DNA of 40,297 nt from Rhodospirillaceae bacterium (GCA_002700865.1 PAFB01000141.1:1-40297); one strand, 5' to 3'; counted from the first letter of the stretch, positions 19,226-28,933 are shown. The notes: generated by a model not told the origin, from the letters alone. Numbers and translations are program-made.

Positions 19226-20394
19226 AGCCCCCCCGACCGTCTCAAAATCGTGACTGCCGCAGTGGTACAGACCCCGCCGTGCGTGTCAGCAAGGGCGTAC
19301 TCAGGCGGGACTGAAGGCTGAAGCGCTCCGTGATAGCGTCCTTCGAGAAGGCGCGCTGCCGTGGCGACTTGTGCAACGCCAATCGCACCGGCGGGCGCGC
19401 CCTGTCCCATCAGGCCACCCGAGAGGTTTATGGGGCAGCGCCCATCGGGGGCAAAAGCGCCTGAGCTCAGGTCCTGATCTACCTGCTCACTCAGACCCAA
19501 GGCTGCGACGGCTTGCAGTTGAGCACCGGCATAGGCGTCGTAGACTTCAGCCGCTCCGATTGCCTGCGGGTGGATGCCAGCAGCATCACAAGCGCGTTTC
19601 ATAGCCCGCTGCTTGGCCGCAAACGACCCCGGTTCCGACCGCGCACCAAGGTGCATGTGATCCGTCGCAGCGCCGATACCAACAACCTGCGGCGCGGTTT
19701 TTCGCGGGGCAGCTTTCGCATGGGAGAGGATCAATGCAGCAGCACCATCGGACAGCGGCGAGCAGTGCAATCGGCGGTACGGGCTGGCCACCAGCGGACT
19801 GGCATCAATGGCGTCTGCATCATCCTTTCGCGGCAAGTGTGCGTCCGGGTTGGAACAGGCATTGGTGCGGTTCTGCTGGGTGACGTGCGCGAGGTGCCTT
19901 GGTCCAAGGCCTTGTTCAGCGGAGAAATGCTGCCACGACAAGGCGTAGAGCGCCGTCGCGGTCAAACCGGTCATGCCATCGGTCCAGTTGTCGAAAGAGA
20001 ACCCATAAAGCGACCGGATTTTGTCACCGGGGAGGCCAGAAGCCGAGGCATCCAGACCGATCACCGCTGCGTGGCTGATCAGGCCGCTCTGGATCGCCAA
20101 GGTTGCCATCTGAACCGCCGACTGCCCCGAACAGCCCCCGCTTTCACAGCGGACAACAGCCGCGCCGGTCAGTCCCAATTCGCTGGCAAGGATCGATGCA
20201 GGATTAAGCTGCAGGGCGAAAAAGTCGCTTTCGCTGGCTAGGTAAAGCGCCTCAATCTGGTCGGTTTCAACGCCCGCCATCGCCACTGCGTCTGCAAAGG
20301 CCAGCATCGCCCAGTCGCGGGGTCCCGTACCATCTTTGCGCCGGTTGAATGGCGTTTGCGCCGCACCGGTAACGACAACTTGAGGGTCCCACAT
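19222..20394 (-). CDS. Thiolase-fold protein (SCP2/Ltp2-like) with non-canonical catalytic motifs
   Basis: VVTGAAQTPF, NA..NPDAH, SPLSDGAAALIL, AEVYDAY and INLSGGL. Start set at MWDPQ with GAGGAG RBS. Confidence 0.88.
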   Translation of the reverse strand: MWDPQVVVTGAAQTPFNRRKDGTGPRDWAMLAFADAVAMAGVETDQIEALYLASESDFFALQLNPASILASELGLTGAAVVRCESGGCSGQSAVQMATLAIQSGLISHAAVIGLDASASGLPGDKIRSLYGFSFDNWTDGMTGLTATALYALSWQHFSAEQGLGPRHLAHVTQQNRTNACSNPDAHLPRKDDADAIDASPLVASPYRRLHCSPLSDGAAALILSHAKAAPRKTAPQVVGIGAATDHMHLGARSEPGSFAAKQRAMKRACDAAGIHPQAIGAAEVYDAYAGAQLQAVAALGLSEQVDQDLSSGAFAPDGRCPINLSGGLMGQGAPAGAIGVAQVATAARLLEGRYHGALQPSVPPEYALADTHGGVCTTAAVTILRRSGGL

Positions 20395-20447
20395 GTCGGT
20401 CTGCTGATCTCCTCGCTCAAGGCAGCCTTTTGCGCCTGATGAACAGA

Positions 20448-20467
20448 ACTTATTTGTATTTACAAGT
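20448..20467. promoter_or_regulatory. Palindromic operator TTGTA-tt-TACAA, probable GntR/HutC site
   Basis: ACTTATTTGTATTTACAAGT between the divergent thiolase and MFS starts; 16/20 match to the core of the 34391 repeat. Confidence 0.65.
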
Positions 20468-20512
20468 TGCTGGCATATCAATAGCTCATCTGTGCTCTTC
20501 GTAGGATTCAAG

Positions 20513-21691
20513 ATGAGGTTTTGGCGTTACCTGACCGCCGTTGTTATGGGATTTGGTGCCGGTGCGCTTTATGGCTGGAGCGCTCTGGCGGCGCCGCTGC
20601 AGCAGGCCTTTGATGTTCGGACGGCTGAGATCGGTATGGTGTTTTCGATCGCTCTGGTCAGCTTTACTGTCGCCGTCCTGCTCGCGCCTGCGTTCACCCG
20701 CCTGATGGGGTCAGACCGAGTGCTTGCCGTGGGGGCTTTGGCGGCGGCGCTGTGTACGACACTCGCAGCCTTCGCCCCCAACTTTGCGCTGTTTGTTGCC
20801 CTCTTCAGCGTCGGCTTTGGGACCGCCAGCGGACTGCTTTATTCCACGGTCCTAACGATTGCAGCTCAGAGCCCAAGGCCCCAACTCGTCACCCCGATGT
20901 TTGTTACGGTCTTTGGATTGGGCGGCGTTGTTTTCGGGCCCGTTTGGAAAATCCTGGCTGCTGCCGATTGGGGGCTGACGGCGCTACTGCCTCTGTCGGC
21001 GCTTTTACTTATCGCCAGCCTGCTGGCTTGGTTTACGGGCAACAGAAAGACAGTTGACGGCGTTCAGGTCAAACAGAGCACAACCGATTCAGTTTCCGCT
21101 TCTGCTTCTGCTTCTGTTTCCGCTCCTGCCAAGTCGGCCACGCCGGGCCAGTTGCTGCACATCTGGTTGATCTTTGCCAGCGGCGCTTTTGCCGGTCTTA
21201 TGGTGCTGGGGCTAGCAGCAGAGATAATCGAAGCGGGCCCCTCGACCCTGTTCCTGACCAGCGCCGTACTCGCGGGCGTTGCCTTGGCCAATACAACGGG
21301 GCGCTTGTCTGGCGCGGCCTTTGGCAAGGCGGCTGACAGTCCCCTGAATGGTCTCCACGTCTCAGCCCTGATCACCCTCGTCGGGCTCACCACCGTGCTG
21401 TTGGCCCCTCAAGGGCTGGCGGTGGGGATTGGTCTGGTCCTGATCGCTGGCGGCTACGGCTTGCTGGCCTCAACAATCACCATGCTGACAGCCCGGCAAA
21501 CCCGGCCCGCTGATTTCCAACGGCATTTTGGATTGGTCTTTACCGCGTGGGGCGCGGCAGGGTTCGTCGCCCCGTGGCTAAGCGGCATCATTTTCGACCG
21601 GTACGGAGATTTCAGCTTGGCTTACCTTATCGCCGTGTCGACGACGGTGGCCTTGGCGCTGCTGGTCTGGGGATTCAGGCGGCGGCTTTAA
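20513..21691 (+). CDS. MFS transporter (OFA/monocarboxylate-like)
   Basis: About 12 hydrophobic segments, GALYGWS, GFGTASGLLY, ANTTGRL and FTAWG.AG..AP. Ser/Ala-rich central loop. Confidence 0.85.
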   Translation: MRFWRYLTAVVMGFGAGALYGWSALAAPLQQAFDVRTAEIGMVFSIALVSFTVAVLLAPAFTRLMGSDRVLAVGALAAALCTTLAAFAPNFALFVALFSVGFGTASGLLYSTVLTIAAQSPRPQLVTPMFVTVFGLGGVVFGPVWKILAAADWGLTALLPLSALLLIASLLAWFTGNRKTVDGVQVKQSTTDSVSASASASVSAPAKSATPGQLLHIWLIFASGAFAGLMVLGLAAEIIEAGPSTLFLTSAVLAGVALANTTGRLSGAAFGKAADSPLNGLHVSALITLVGLTTVLLAPQGLAVGIGLVLIAGGYGLLASTITMLTARQTRPADFQRHFGLVFTAWGAAGFVAPWLSGIIFDRYGDFSLAYLIAVSTTVALALLVWGFRRRL

Positions 21692-22571
21692 TCAGGCGTC
21701 GTAACCGCTGGATTCCGGTCGTGCTCAGCCAGTCCCGCAGCTGCGCTTCGCCTGATTGACCAAACACACTGATGGCATCGGACCACAGCGCCCGTCCGCA
21801 CATGAAGCCGGAAAAATCGACCCCGGCTTCACGGGCCAGTTGCAGCGAGGCTTCAAAGGACTCAAACGCCACGCCGGCACTTAGGTAGACCAGCCCTTTA
21901 CCCTGCGCCGGTGCTGCCGCACGGCGGAACGCCTCCAGCGCCTGCGTGCGGCTCATGGCCGGTTCGCCAAAGCCCTCGACAAAGGCCAGGTCCACAGGAA
22001 CTTCGACTTTGAGCACATCGACCTGAAACCTTTCGTCGGCAAAGGCCTGTGTCGCCCGCGCGACCAGATTGGGTTTGATCGCTGCATAAGCTGCGCTCCC
22101 GGGTTCCAGGGTCGGGTGATAGACCAAAGGTTCCATGAGGAACTGCACCCCTGCGCGCTGGCACCGCGCGCCAATGCCCTCCACAATCTCCTGCTTACGC
22201 GCATTCAGGGCGGGGTCTTCATCAGGGGCATAGTACATGAAAAACTTAAGCTGCCTGACGCCCAGACTGGGAAAATCTTCGATGGTCAAATGGTCGGGAA
22301 GAACGGTCACTCGATCCTGACCGGTTATCCTGTAAACGTCGGCCTCAAAAGCCAGCATCCGCGCGCACGTCGCCGGATAGGCATCCAGCAGCGCTGGGCC
22401 ATATTCGGCATCAAGCAGAACCGTCGTTGCGCCCTGTCCCAGTTCTTCGAGCACCGCGCGCTTGAAGGTCACAGCATCGGTATCGAGCGCGTGGGCCCCA
22501 CGGGCTTGGCGCAGGCTGGCGGCGAGACCGCTTCCTGCATCAACGGCAACCCCGTGTATCCGCTCAACCAT
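21675..22571 (-). CDS. Class I ketose-phosphate aldolase, LacD/YihT (tagatose-bisphosphate aldolase-like) family
   Basis: LLDAEYG, LKFFMYY, FLMEP, VDVLKVEVPV (Schiff-base Lys), YLSAGV and GFMCGRALW. Confidence 0.88.
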   Translation of the reverse strand: MVERIHGVAVDAGSGLAASLRQARGAHALDTDAVTFKRAVLEELGQGATTVLLDAEYGPALLDAYPATCARMLAFEADVYRITGQDRVTVLPDHLTIEDFPSLGVRQLKFFMYYAPDEDPALNARKQEIVEGIGARCQRAGVQFLMEPLVYHPTLEPGSAAYAAIKPNLVARATQAFADERFQVDVLKVEVPVDLAFVEGFGEPAMSRTQALEAFRRAAAPAQGKGLVYLSAGVAFESFEASLQLAREAGVDFSGFMCGRALWSDAISVFGQSGEAQLRDWLSTTGIQRLRRLIKAAA

Positions 22572-22574
22572 GAG

Positions 22575-23612
22575 TCAGTCCCCTAGTCCGGTGTTAAGCT
22601 GCGGGAACATCGGTGCCGCATGGGGCGCGCGCCAGTACCGGGCCATTTCGGCCGTCGGTGTGAACAGCGAGATTGAGAAGCCGCCCATTTCCTGTGTCGT
22701 GGAATAGGAACCAATCATCGGGGCCTCAGTGGGAATGTTCTTTTCGCCCAGATATCCAGCGACTTCGCCGTAGATGGTGAGCAATTCCATCATCGTTGTC
22801 CCACCTGATCCGTTGATCAGCACCAGCGTATCCGTACCCGCCGCAATCGGTCTGTCGGCCAGCAACGCATCCACCATATCCCGAACCAAAGTACGGGCAG
22901 GCGCGATCTGGCGATGGCCTGCCCCACGTTCGCCATGAACCCCCATCCCAATCGCAATTTCACCGGGCGGCAGGGTAAACATGGTTTCCCCGGTCAGTGG
23001 CGAGGTTCCGGGAAACAGCGCTGCGCCCAATGTTCGTGTGGCATCCCGCACCGCTTCGCCCAGGGCCACGAGAGCATCAAGATCCAGACCCGCTTCAGCC
23101 GCCGCGCCGAGGATTTTGTAGATGAACATGGTGCCCGCTGCGCCGCGTCGCTCGTCTTCCTGACCTTGAGGCGCTGAGGAAATATCGTCGTACATCAGCA
23201 AAGGACGGACATCGAGGCCCTGATCCTGCGCCATAAAGGCAGCCGCGTTGCCATTGATCACGTCGCCTTCGTGGCGCGATATCAGCAGAACGGCACCCGC
23301 CGGGCCGGTGACTTCGATGAGGCCATCCAGAATAGCGTCTGGTGATGGGGCCGTGAACACGTCGCCGACCACGTTGGCGTCGAGCAAGCCTTCACCGACA
23401 AAGCCCATGGCGATGGGTTCATGGCCCGAGCCGTTGCCAATGAGAACGGCAACCTTATCCGCGTCGGTCCGCAGCGCTTTACGGCGCACTACGCGACGGT
23501 TCGATGATCCCAGCGATATCAGCGCCGGATAGGCCGCAACGAAACCAGCGATCATGTCGTCCGCCATGGTTTCGCGGCTGTTATAGACCTTGTTCATGCG
23601 TTCTTGGGTCAT
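22575..23612 (-). CDS. DhaK-family ketose kinase, substrate-binding subunit
   Basis: GNGSGHEP..GFVG.GLLD, RRG.AG, GMGVHGERG, LINGSGGT and EMGGFSISL. Confidence 0.9.
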   Translation of the reverse strand: MTQERMNKVYNSRETMADDMIAGFVAAYPALISLGSSNRRVVRRKALRTDADKVAVLIGNGSGHEPIAMGFVGEGLLDANVVGDVFTAPSPDAILDGLIEVTGPAGAVLLISRHEGDVINGNAAAFMAQDQGLDVRPLLMYDDISSAPQGQEDERRGAAGTMFIYKILGAAAEAGLDLDALVALGEAVRDATRTLGAALFPGTSPLTGETMFTLPPGEIAIGMGVHGERGAGHRQIAPARTLVRDMVDALLADRPIAAGTDTLVLINGSGGTTMMELLTIYGEVAGYLGEKNIPTEAPMIGSYSTTQEMGGFSISLFTPTAEMARYWRAPHAAPMFPQLNTGLGD

Positions 23613-24130
23613 GGAGCCTCCCTATTCGCAAACAGCTTCAGAAGCTCAGCGACGGAGGTGGCACCGGCGTCAACATGCCCGACTCCCGCCCCTTCGACAT
23701 ATTTTGCGCGCCCCCGCCGAGCCGCCATCGCCCGAGTCGCCTCACAGCCAGCTTGAGCAGCAGTCGCCGCTTCACCAAGGGTCGCACACGCTGCCGCTGG
23801 GATGAGCGCATCAAGCATGGTTTTGTCGCCGGCTTTAGCCTGCCCGAGCATTGAAATCCGCTGGACCGCCTTACCCAAGGCTTCAGCAACGGAACCGCCG
23901 GCTTCGATATGAACGAGCGCGTCGATTACCTGCGCGAACAACATGCCGGATGCACCGCCCGCCGCCTTGCGAAAGGCCGTGCCGGGCTCTTCATCCGCCT
24001 GAGCCGCAGCGCGTAGCCCCTTGGCCATGGTTGCCCCGTGATCACCGTCGCCGGTCGCTGCATCCAGCCGGTTCAGCGTCGCCTCCAGCGCCTCAAAGTG
24101 CGCGACTGCTGCTCGCAATGCCGCGCTCAT
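23609..24130 (-). CDS. DhaL-family (DAK2) nucleotide-binding subunit
   Basis: LDAATGDGDHG, GGASGMLF, GDKTMLDAL, ARRGRAKY and DAGA. Confidence 0.92.
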   Translation of the reverse strand: MSAALRAAVAHFEALEATLNRLDAATGDGDHGATMAKGLRAAAQADEEPGTAFRKAAGGASGMLFAQVIDALVHIEAGGSVAEALGKAVQRISMLGQAKAGDKTMLDALIPAAACATLGEAATAAQAGCEATRAMAARRGRAKYVEGAGVGHVDAGATSVAELLKLFANREAP

Positions 24131-24963
24131 CCGAAAGTCGCTTTCATGAAGGCAAGGCTGGCTTCAGCAGCGCGGGTGGCTTCCGGCTCGATGTCCCGCC
24201 AGATGTTGAGGTCCGCGCTAGCAGGGTTCCCCGCGATAACGAACATTTCTGCGGTGATCCAACCATCATAATTGGCCGCCGCCAGACCATCTTGCACCTG
24301 CGCCCAAGGCACGTGGCCAGAACCCGGCACTCCGCGGTCGTTATCGGAGACGTGGAAATGAACCAAGGTGTCAGCCGAGGCCGCGATGGCCTGCGCCATG
24401 TCTTTTTCCTCGATGTTCAAGTGGAAGGTATCGAGCAAGACCCCCACCCGATCAGAACCCGCTGCCCGCGCCAACGCGCAGGCTTCTTCTGCTGTGTTCA
24501 GCAAGTCTGTTTCAAACCGGTTCAGCGCTTCCAGACCCAGCGTAACGCCTTCGCCATCCAGCCGGTCATGCACAGCCGCCAACGCCCGCGCCGATCTCGC
24601 CAGGCGTTCGGACTTGCGCGCCGGGTCGAACTGACCCCAGGGCGCAAACAGCACCCCGGCCAACCCGCGCGAGCCCAGTTTTGCCGTCGTCTCCACCGCC
24701 CAGTGCAGATAAGCCACCCCAGCCGCCCAGACGTCGGCGTCTGCTGAGGTGATATCGTGCGCGGTCGAGAGCCCGTCGGAACAGGTTACTTCCAGCCCAT
24801 GATCAGCAATCACTCGACCCAAGGCCGCCGCCTTCTCATCCGTCATGCCGAGCAGCGAGATTTCCACGCCATCAAAGCCCAGCTCAGCCGCCGTGCGGAT
24901 TGCAGGTTTGATGTCGTCTGTCCAGCGTGCCAGCCACAGGCCTGTGTGAATGCCAAACTTCAT
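24127..24963 (-). CDS. Ketose 3-epimerase (D-psicose/D-tagatose/L-ribulose 3-epimerase family)
   Basis: GFDGVEI, LEALNRFET, LDTFHLNIEE, HFHVSDNDRGVPG.G and ITAEMF supply the E-D-H-E metal site. Confidence 0.85.
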   Translation of the reverse strand: MKFGIHTGLWLARWTDDIKPAIRTAAELGFDGVEISLLGMTDEKAAALGRVIADHGLEVTCSDGLSTAHDITSADADVWAAGVAYLHWAVETTAKLGSRGLAGVLFAPWGQFDPARKSERLARSARALAAVHDRLDGEGVTLGLEALNRFETDLLNTAEEACALARAAGSDRVGVLLDTFHLNIEEKDMAQAIAASADTLVHFHVSDNDRGVPGSGHVPWAQVQDGLAAANYDGWITAEMFVIAGNPASADLNIWRDIEPEATRAAEASLAFMKATFG

Positions 24964-24972
24964 GCTGTGATC

Positions 24973-26022
24973 TCAGTCCTTTGCATGGGGCAGAACCCAG
25001 ATTTTCTCAGCGGGCAGATGCAGCATGACCGTCGAACCGGTGCCGTATGTCTTGATGATCCCGGCGTCGGCGACAACGTGGAACTGATGCGCCCCAACGT
25101 CGACTTTGAGCCGCGAGTGCGTGCCAACGTAGACGTGGCTGACGATATTGCCGGAAACGACATTTTCGCCCGGCGCTTCGCAAATTTCGATGTCTTCGGG
25201 CCGTATGGTGGCAAGCCCGCTGCCCGCTTCAATGCCGCGGGGGGCGCTCCACGCGCCGAGATCGCTGGTAAAGCGGCCTTTGTCCTGCGTGCCTGTCACA
25301 AAGTTCACCCCACCAAAGAAATCAGCGATAGCGCGTGATTTCGGAGACTCATAGAACCCCATCGGCGGATCGTACTGCTGCAGCGTGCCATCGAGGATCA
25401 GGGCGATCTTGTCCGAAAGCACCGCTGCTTCCTCCTGATCGTGTGTGACGAACAGCGTGGTGATCCCCATCTCCTGCTGAATTTCCCGGATCAGGTCCCG
25501 CATCTCGAACCGAAGGTGCGCATCGAGGTTACTCAGGGGTTCGTCCAGCAACAGCAGATTTGGCTGCACGATCAACGCCCGCGCCAACGCGACCCGCTGT
25601 TGCTGCCCACCTGACAGCTCCTTGGGGCGGCGGTCGCCGAGGCTGGGCAGCTTCACCAGTTCGAGCATTTCCCCGACCCGGCGATCAATCGTGGCCTGAT
25701 CAACCTTACGCATCTTGAGGCCATAGCCCACGTTCTGGGCGATGGTCATGTAGGGGAACAGCAGATAGTTCTGGAACACCATCACCGCCCCACGCTTCTC
25801 CGGCGCGATGTTGAGAATGGACTGGTTATCAAACAGGATATCGCCGGAAGTCGGCTCCAGCAGTCCGGCAATCATCTTCATCGTCGTTGTCTTTCCGCAC
25901 CCCGAAGGTCCGAGCAGGGCAACGAGTTTGCCGCTTTCGACTTCCAGGCTCAGCGAGTCAATCGCGGGCTTTTCCTCGCCCGGGTACCGCTTGGTCAGAG
26001 CATTGATAGACAAGTGGGTCAT
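24973..26022 (-). CDS. ABC transporter ATP-binding subunit (PotA/TOBE type)
   Basis: GPSGCGKT, LSGGQQQR, LLLLDEP and VTHDQEEA. Confidence 0.95.
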   Translation of the reverse strand: MTHLSINALTKRYPGEEKPAIDSLSLEVESGKLVALLGPSGCGKTTTMKMIAGLLEPTSGDILFDNQSILNIAPEKRGAVMVFQNYLLFPYMTIAQNVGYGLKMRKVDQATIDRRVGEMLELVKLPSLGDRRPKELSGGQQQRVALARALIVQPNLLLLDEPLSNLDAHLRFEMRDLIREIQQEMGITTLFVTHDQEEAAVLSDKIALILDGTLQQYDPPMGFYESPKSRAIADFFGGVNFVTGTQDKGRFTSDLGAWSAPRGIEAGSGLATIRPEDIEICEAPGENVVSGNIVSHVYVGTHSRLKVDVGAHQFHVVADAGIIKTYGTGSTVMLHLPAEKIWVLPHAKD

Positions 26023-27974
26023 GCGTGACTCTCCAATGGAATTTCAACAATGGCGACGCTGTGCGCAGGCAGGACGAGTGAAGCGTTCATCGGCCAGTCT
26101 TCGCGTTCGATTGTGACCGCCTCCGGCGCATCTTCGGTGTTGAGGGCTTGCGGGCCATGGCCCTGTATCAAGTGGATGGCGGCAGGTCCGGCACGGTCTA
26201 TGCCGCTGATCTCAAGCTCAGCCGGGCGAGCAGGGTCTCGGTTGACCACAGACAGGAACAGCGTGGCCCCGTCCGCCGAGCGGGTTGCGGCAGCGTCAAC
26301 CAGGCTGACAGCGTCAAAGGCGGGCAGGTTGCCCAGCTCGGGCGTGGCAACTGTCTCAGACGTTGCGCGACACCCAACGGCCCGGTCGCCACGGTGCCGT
26401 GTGTAGAGCTCAAGCACCAAGCCGGTGGGCGTCTTCCAGACGCCGGTCGGGCTGACCCTGAGATTGCCCATGACGTTGAGCAGATTGAAACTCGCCGACA
26501 TTTTGATCCACGCTGCCCGCTGCAGACAGGCGTTCATCAGAGCGCCGGCGTAAATCGCATCCGCCATGCTGTAGTTTTCAAAAAAATCAGGCGGCTTGGC
26601 TTCGACGTACGTGTTCCACTCGTCGAAGATAAGGGGCGGCGGCGGGTCTGCGTGCGTGCAAACAATCTCATAGGTGCGGTCGAGCATCTCCTCCACTTCA
26701 TGAGCCGAGGCGACCTTGGGCCAGTACATTTCCTCCACCACAGGCGTCACATCGCGCTTTTCTGTGCGGATCGAATAGTAATGGACGCTGAGTTTCTTGA
26801 TGGCGGTCCCAGCCGTGTGAAGCACCAACTCGTTCCAGTGCCCGTAGAGGTCAGCGGGCGCGCCCACCGCAATAAGGTCCAGTGTCGGGTCAACGGCGAG
26901 CATGGCAGCGGCATAGTCGAGGTAGCGGCGGGCATAGGTTTCCGCGTCACAAGTACCAACCTGCCAGTTGCCAAATTGCTCGTTACCGACGAACCAAGTG
27001 CGCACGTTGAAGGGCTCCGGGCTGCCGTTTGCGGCCCGGATTTGGCCCATCGGCGTGTCAGCATCACCGTTACAGTACTCAACCCAACGCGCCGCTTCGG
27101 CCGGATCGGCATTGCCCATGTTGATGGTGAGGATTGGTTCTGAACCGACGTGACGGCACAAGTCGATGAACTCGTGCGTACCCACGTCGTTCGGCTCCCA
27201 CGTATTCCAGGCCGGGTCAAGGTAGCCGGGCCGCTTATCCCGTGGGCCTAAGCCCTGCTCCCAGCGATAGGCCGAAGCGAAGTTGCCGCCGGGCCAGCGC
27301 AGAAAAGTCGGCGTCCAGTCCTTCAGCGTGGCGACAACATCAGCGCGGTGCCCGTCCAGCGTCCGAGCCGGCATGACTGACGTACAGCCGATCCAAAGAC
27401 TGCCCTGCTCAGCATGCGCGATGGAGAATAGCGCGCTGTTGTCGCTGGCCGTGACCGTCAGATTCCGCCGGTATTCCTGCCAGTCCGGGCCAACCGCATT
27501 GATTGTCCAGGTCTGATCCCCCAGGACAACCTGCACCTGCTGCCCCATGCCCTTTAGCACCAGGCTGATGGTGTAGGTCGCGCCAGCAACGACTGTAAGG
27601 CCGTCCTGCTGCACCCCATGAAAACCGCCATCTGCGTCCCGGATGGTGATACGCTGGGACTGATCGCCGGTGTAGAACTCACTGTTGTCGTGCACACACA
27701 GCACCCGCTGATAATCGGGGGCCAGGGCGGTCCAGGGGGTTACAACGCCGTAGCTCGAATCATGATGCGACAGGCGTTCATTCGCGCCCACAAACATCTT
27801 GTCGTGGCCGAGGAACTTGCGGTTTCTCAGCATTTCCGCCCAGTGCCCCTGATAAACGCAGCGCCCGATATGTTCGAGGTTGGCCCCATATAAATGGTCA
27901 TGCACCGCGCCGCGATCGACGCTGAGGTCGATGGCGATGGAGCCTTTGTGCGAAGGGTGGGAGGAGCCGGGCAT
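26019..27974 (-). CDS. GH51 alpha-L-arabinofuranosidase-family glycosidase, cytoplasmic
   Basis: YGANLEHIG, LRWPGGNF, WVEYCN, VGNE (acid/base) and FDEWN (nucleophile). No signal peptide. Confidence 0.88.
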   Translation of the reverse strand: MPGSSHPSHKGSIAIDLSVDRGAVHDHLYGANLEHIGRCVYQGHWAEMLRNRKFLGHDKMFVGANERLSHHDSSYGVVTPWTALAPDYQRVLCVHDNSEFYTGDQSQRITIRDADGGFHGVQQDGLTVVAGATYTISLVLKGMGQQVQVVLGDQTWTINAVGPDWQEYRRNLTVTASDNSALFSIAHAEQGSLWIGCTSVMPARTLDGHRADVVATLKDWTPTFLRWPGGNFASAYRWEQGLGPRDKRPGYLDPAWNTWEPNDVGTHEFIDLCRHVGSEPILTINMGNADPAEAARWVEYCNGDADTPMGQIRAANGSPEPFNVRTWFVGNEQFGNWQVGTCDAETYARRYLDYAAAMLAVDPTLDLIAVGAPADLYGHWNELVLHTAGTAIKKLSVHYYSIRTEKRDVTPVVEEMYWPKVASAHEVEEMLDRTYEIVCTHADPPPPLIFDEWNTYVEAKPPDFFENYSMADAIYAGALMNACLQRAAWIKMSASFNLLNVMGNLRVSPTGVWKTPTGLVLELYTRHRGDRAVGCRATSETVATPELGNLPAFDAVSLVDAAATRSADGATLFLSVVNRDPARPAELEISGIDRAGPAAIHLIQGHGPQALNTEDAPEAVTIEREDWPMNASLVLPAHSVAIVEIPLESHA

Positions 27975-28041
27975 TTTACCTCATGTCACTTTCATTCTTG
28001 TTGTGGTCGCCGCGCGTCGGGGTTGGTTGCCTTCAAGCCGA

Positions 28042-28929
28042 TCACACACGTCCAAAGCCACCCGCAGCGCTGGACTCACCCGACAGGTAGCGTGACGTCA
28101 CGAGCAGGATCAGGATGGCCGGCGCGATGAACACCAGCGAAATCGCCGCAATCATGGCGTTGTTGCCGCTACCTGCCGCTGAGAACAATAAAGCCGGCAG
28201 CGTGACCACGCGGCCCTGTCCAATCAGGAAGGTGAGCAGGTATTGGCTCCACGACACTAGGAACGCAAACAGCGCAGCAACGAACAGACCGGGGAGAATC
28301 GCCGGCAGCGTGACATCCCAGAATATCCGCCAAGGCGGAGCACCCAGACTGCGCGCCTGCGCTTCGTAGTCGGCATCATAGTTGGCGAAAACCCCGCTGA
28401 GCGTCAGCACCACGTAGGGCATCACCGGCACGAGATGCACCAGGGAAACACCGAACACACTGCCGGCAAGATCAATGGGAATGCCCGCGTTCATCAGCGC
28501 CATGTCCCAGCGAATGAAATTGATGTTCAGACCAAGGCTGAAAGCGATGGGCGGCACGATCGTCGGGGCGATAATCATAAACTCGACGATCTTCTTTCCC
28601 CGGAAGCGATACAAACCAAGCGCGCGGGCAGCGGGCAGACCGATGATCACCGACGTTCCCGTCACCAGCGTTCCGATAGCCAGACTCAGCCACAGCGCAG
28701 AAATGACGTCCGGCACGCCAGTCCAGAGATCGATAAAGCTCTCCAGCGTGCGGTCGCCTGGACGCGGGATCAACTTCAGCCGAACCCAAGCCTGCAGGCT
28801 CCATTCCTTCGGCACCAATTGCGGGTAGAACCAGCGATAGGCGAAGGCGTTGATCATGAACGATATGACCGGCGCGAGGAAAGCGATGCTGATGGCGATG
28901 ACGGCAGCGTAGAAGGGAACACGTCTCAT
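28042..28929 (-). CDS. ABC transporter permease 2
   Basis: Multiple TM segments, EAA loop YEAQARSLGA and SWSQY..T.LIG.G. Confidence 0.92.
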   Translation of the reverse strand: MRRVPFYAAVIAISIAFLAPVISFMINAFAYRWFYPQLVPKEWSLQAWVRLKLIPRPGDRTLESFIDLWTGVPDVISALWLSLAIGTLVTGTSVIIGLPAARALGLYRFRGKKIVEFMIIAPTIVPPIAFSLGLNINFIRWDMALMNAGIPIDLAGSVFGVSLVHLVPVMPYVVLTLSGVFANYDADYEAQARSLGAPPWRIFWDVTLPAILPGLFVAALFAFLVSWSQYLLTFLIGQGRVVTLPALLFSAAGSGNNAMIAAISLVFIAPAILILLVTSRYLSGESSAAGGFGRV

Positions 28930-28933
28930 CGGC

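Noticed and set aside
21089-21124. GCTTCT tandem repeat encoding SVSASASASVSA in the MFS
   Set aside because: In-frame 6-bp unit with about three copies in the variable central loop; not a phase-variation tract.
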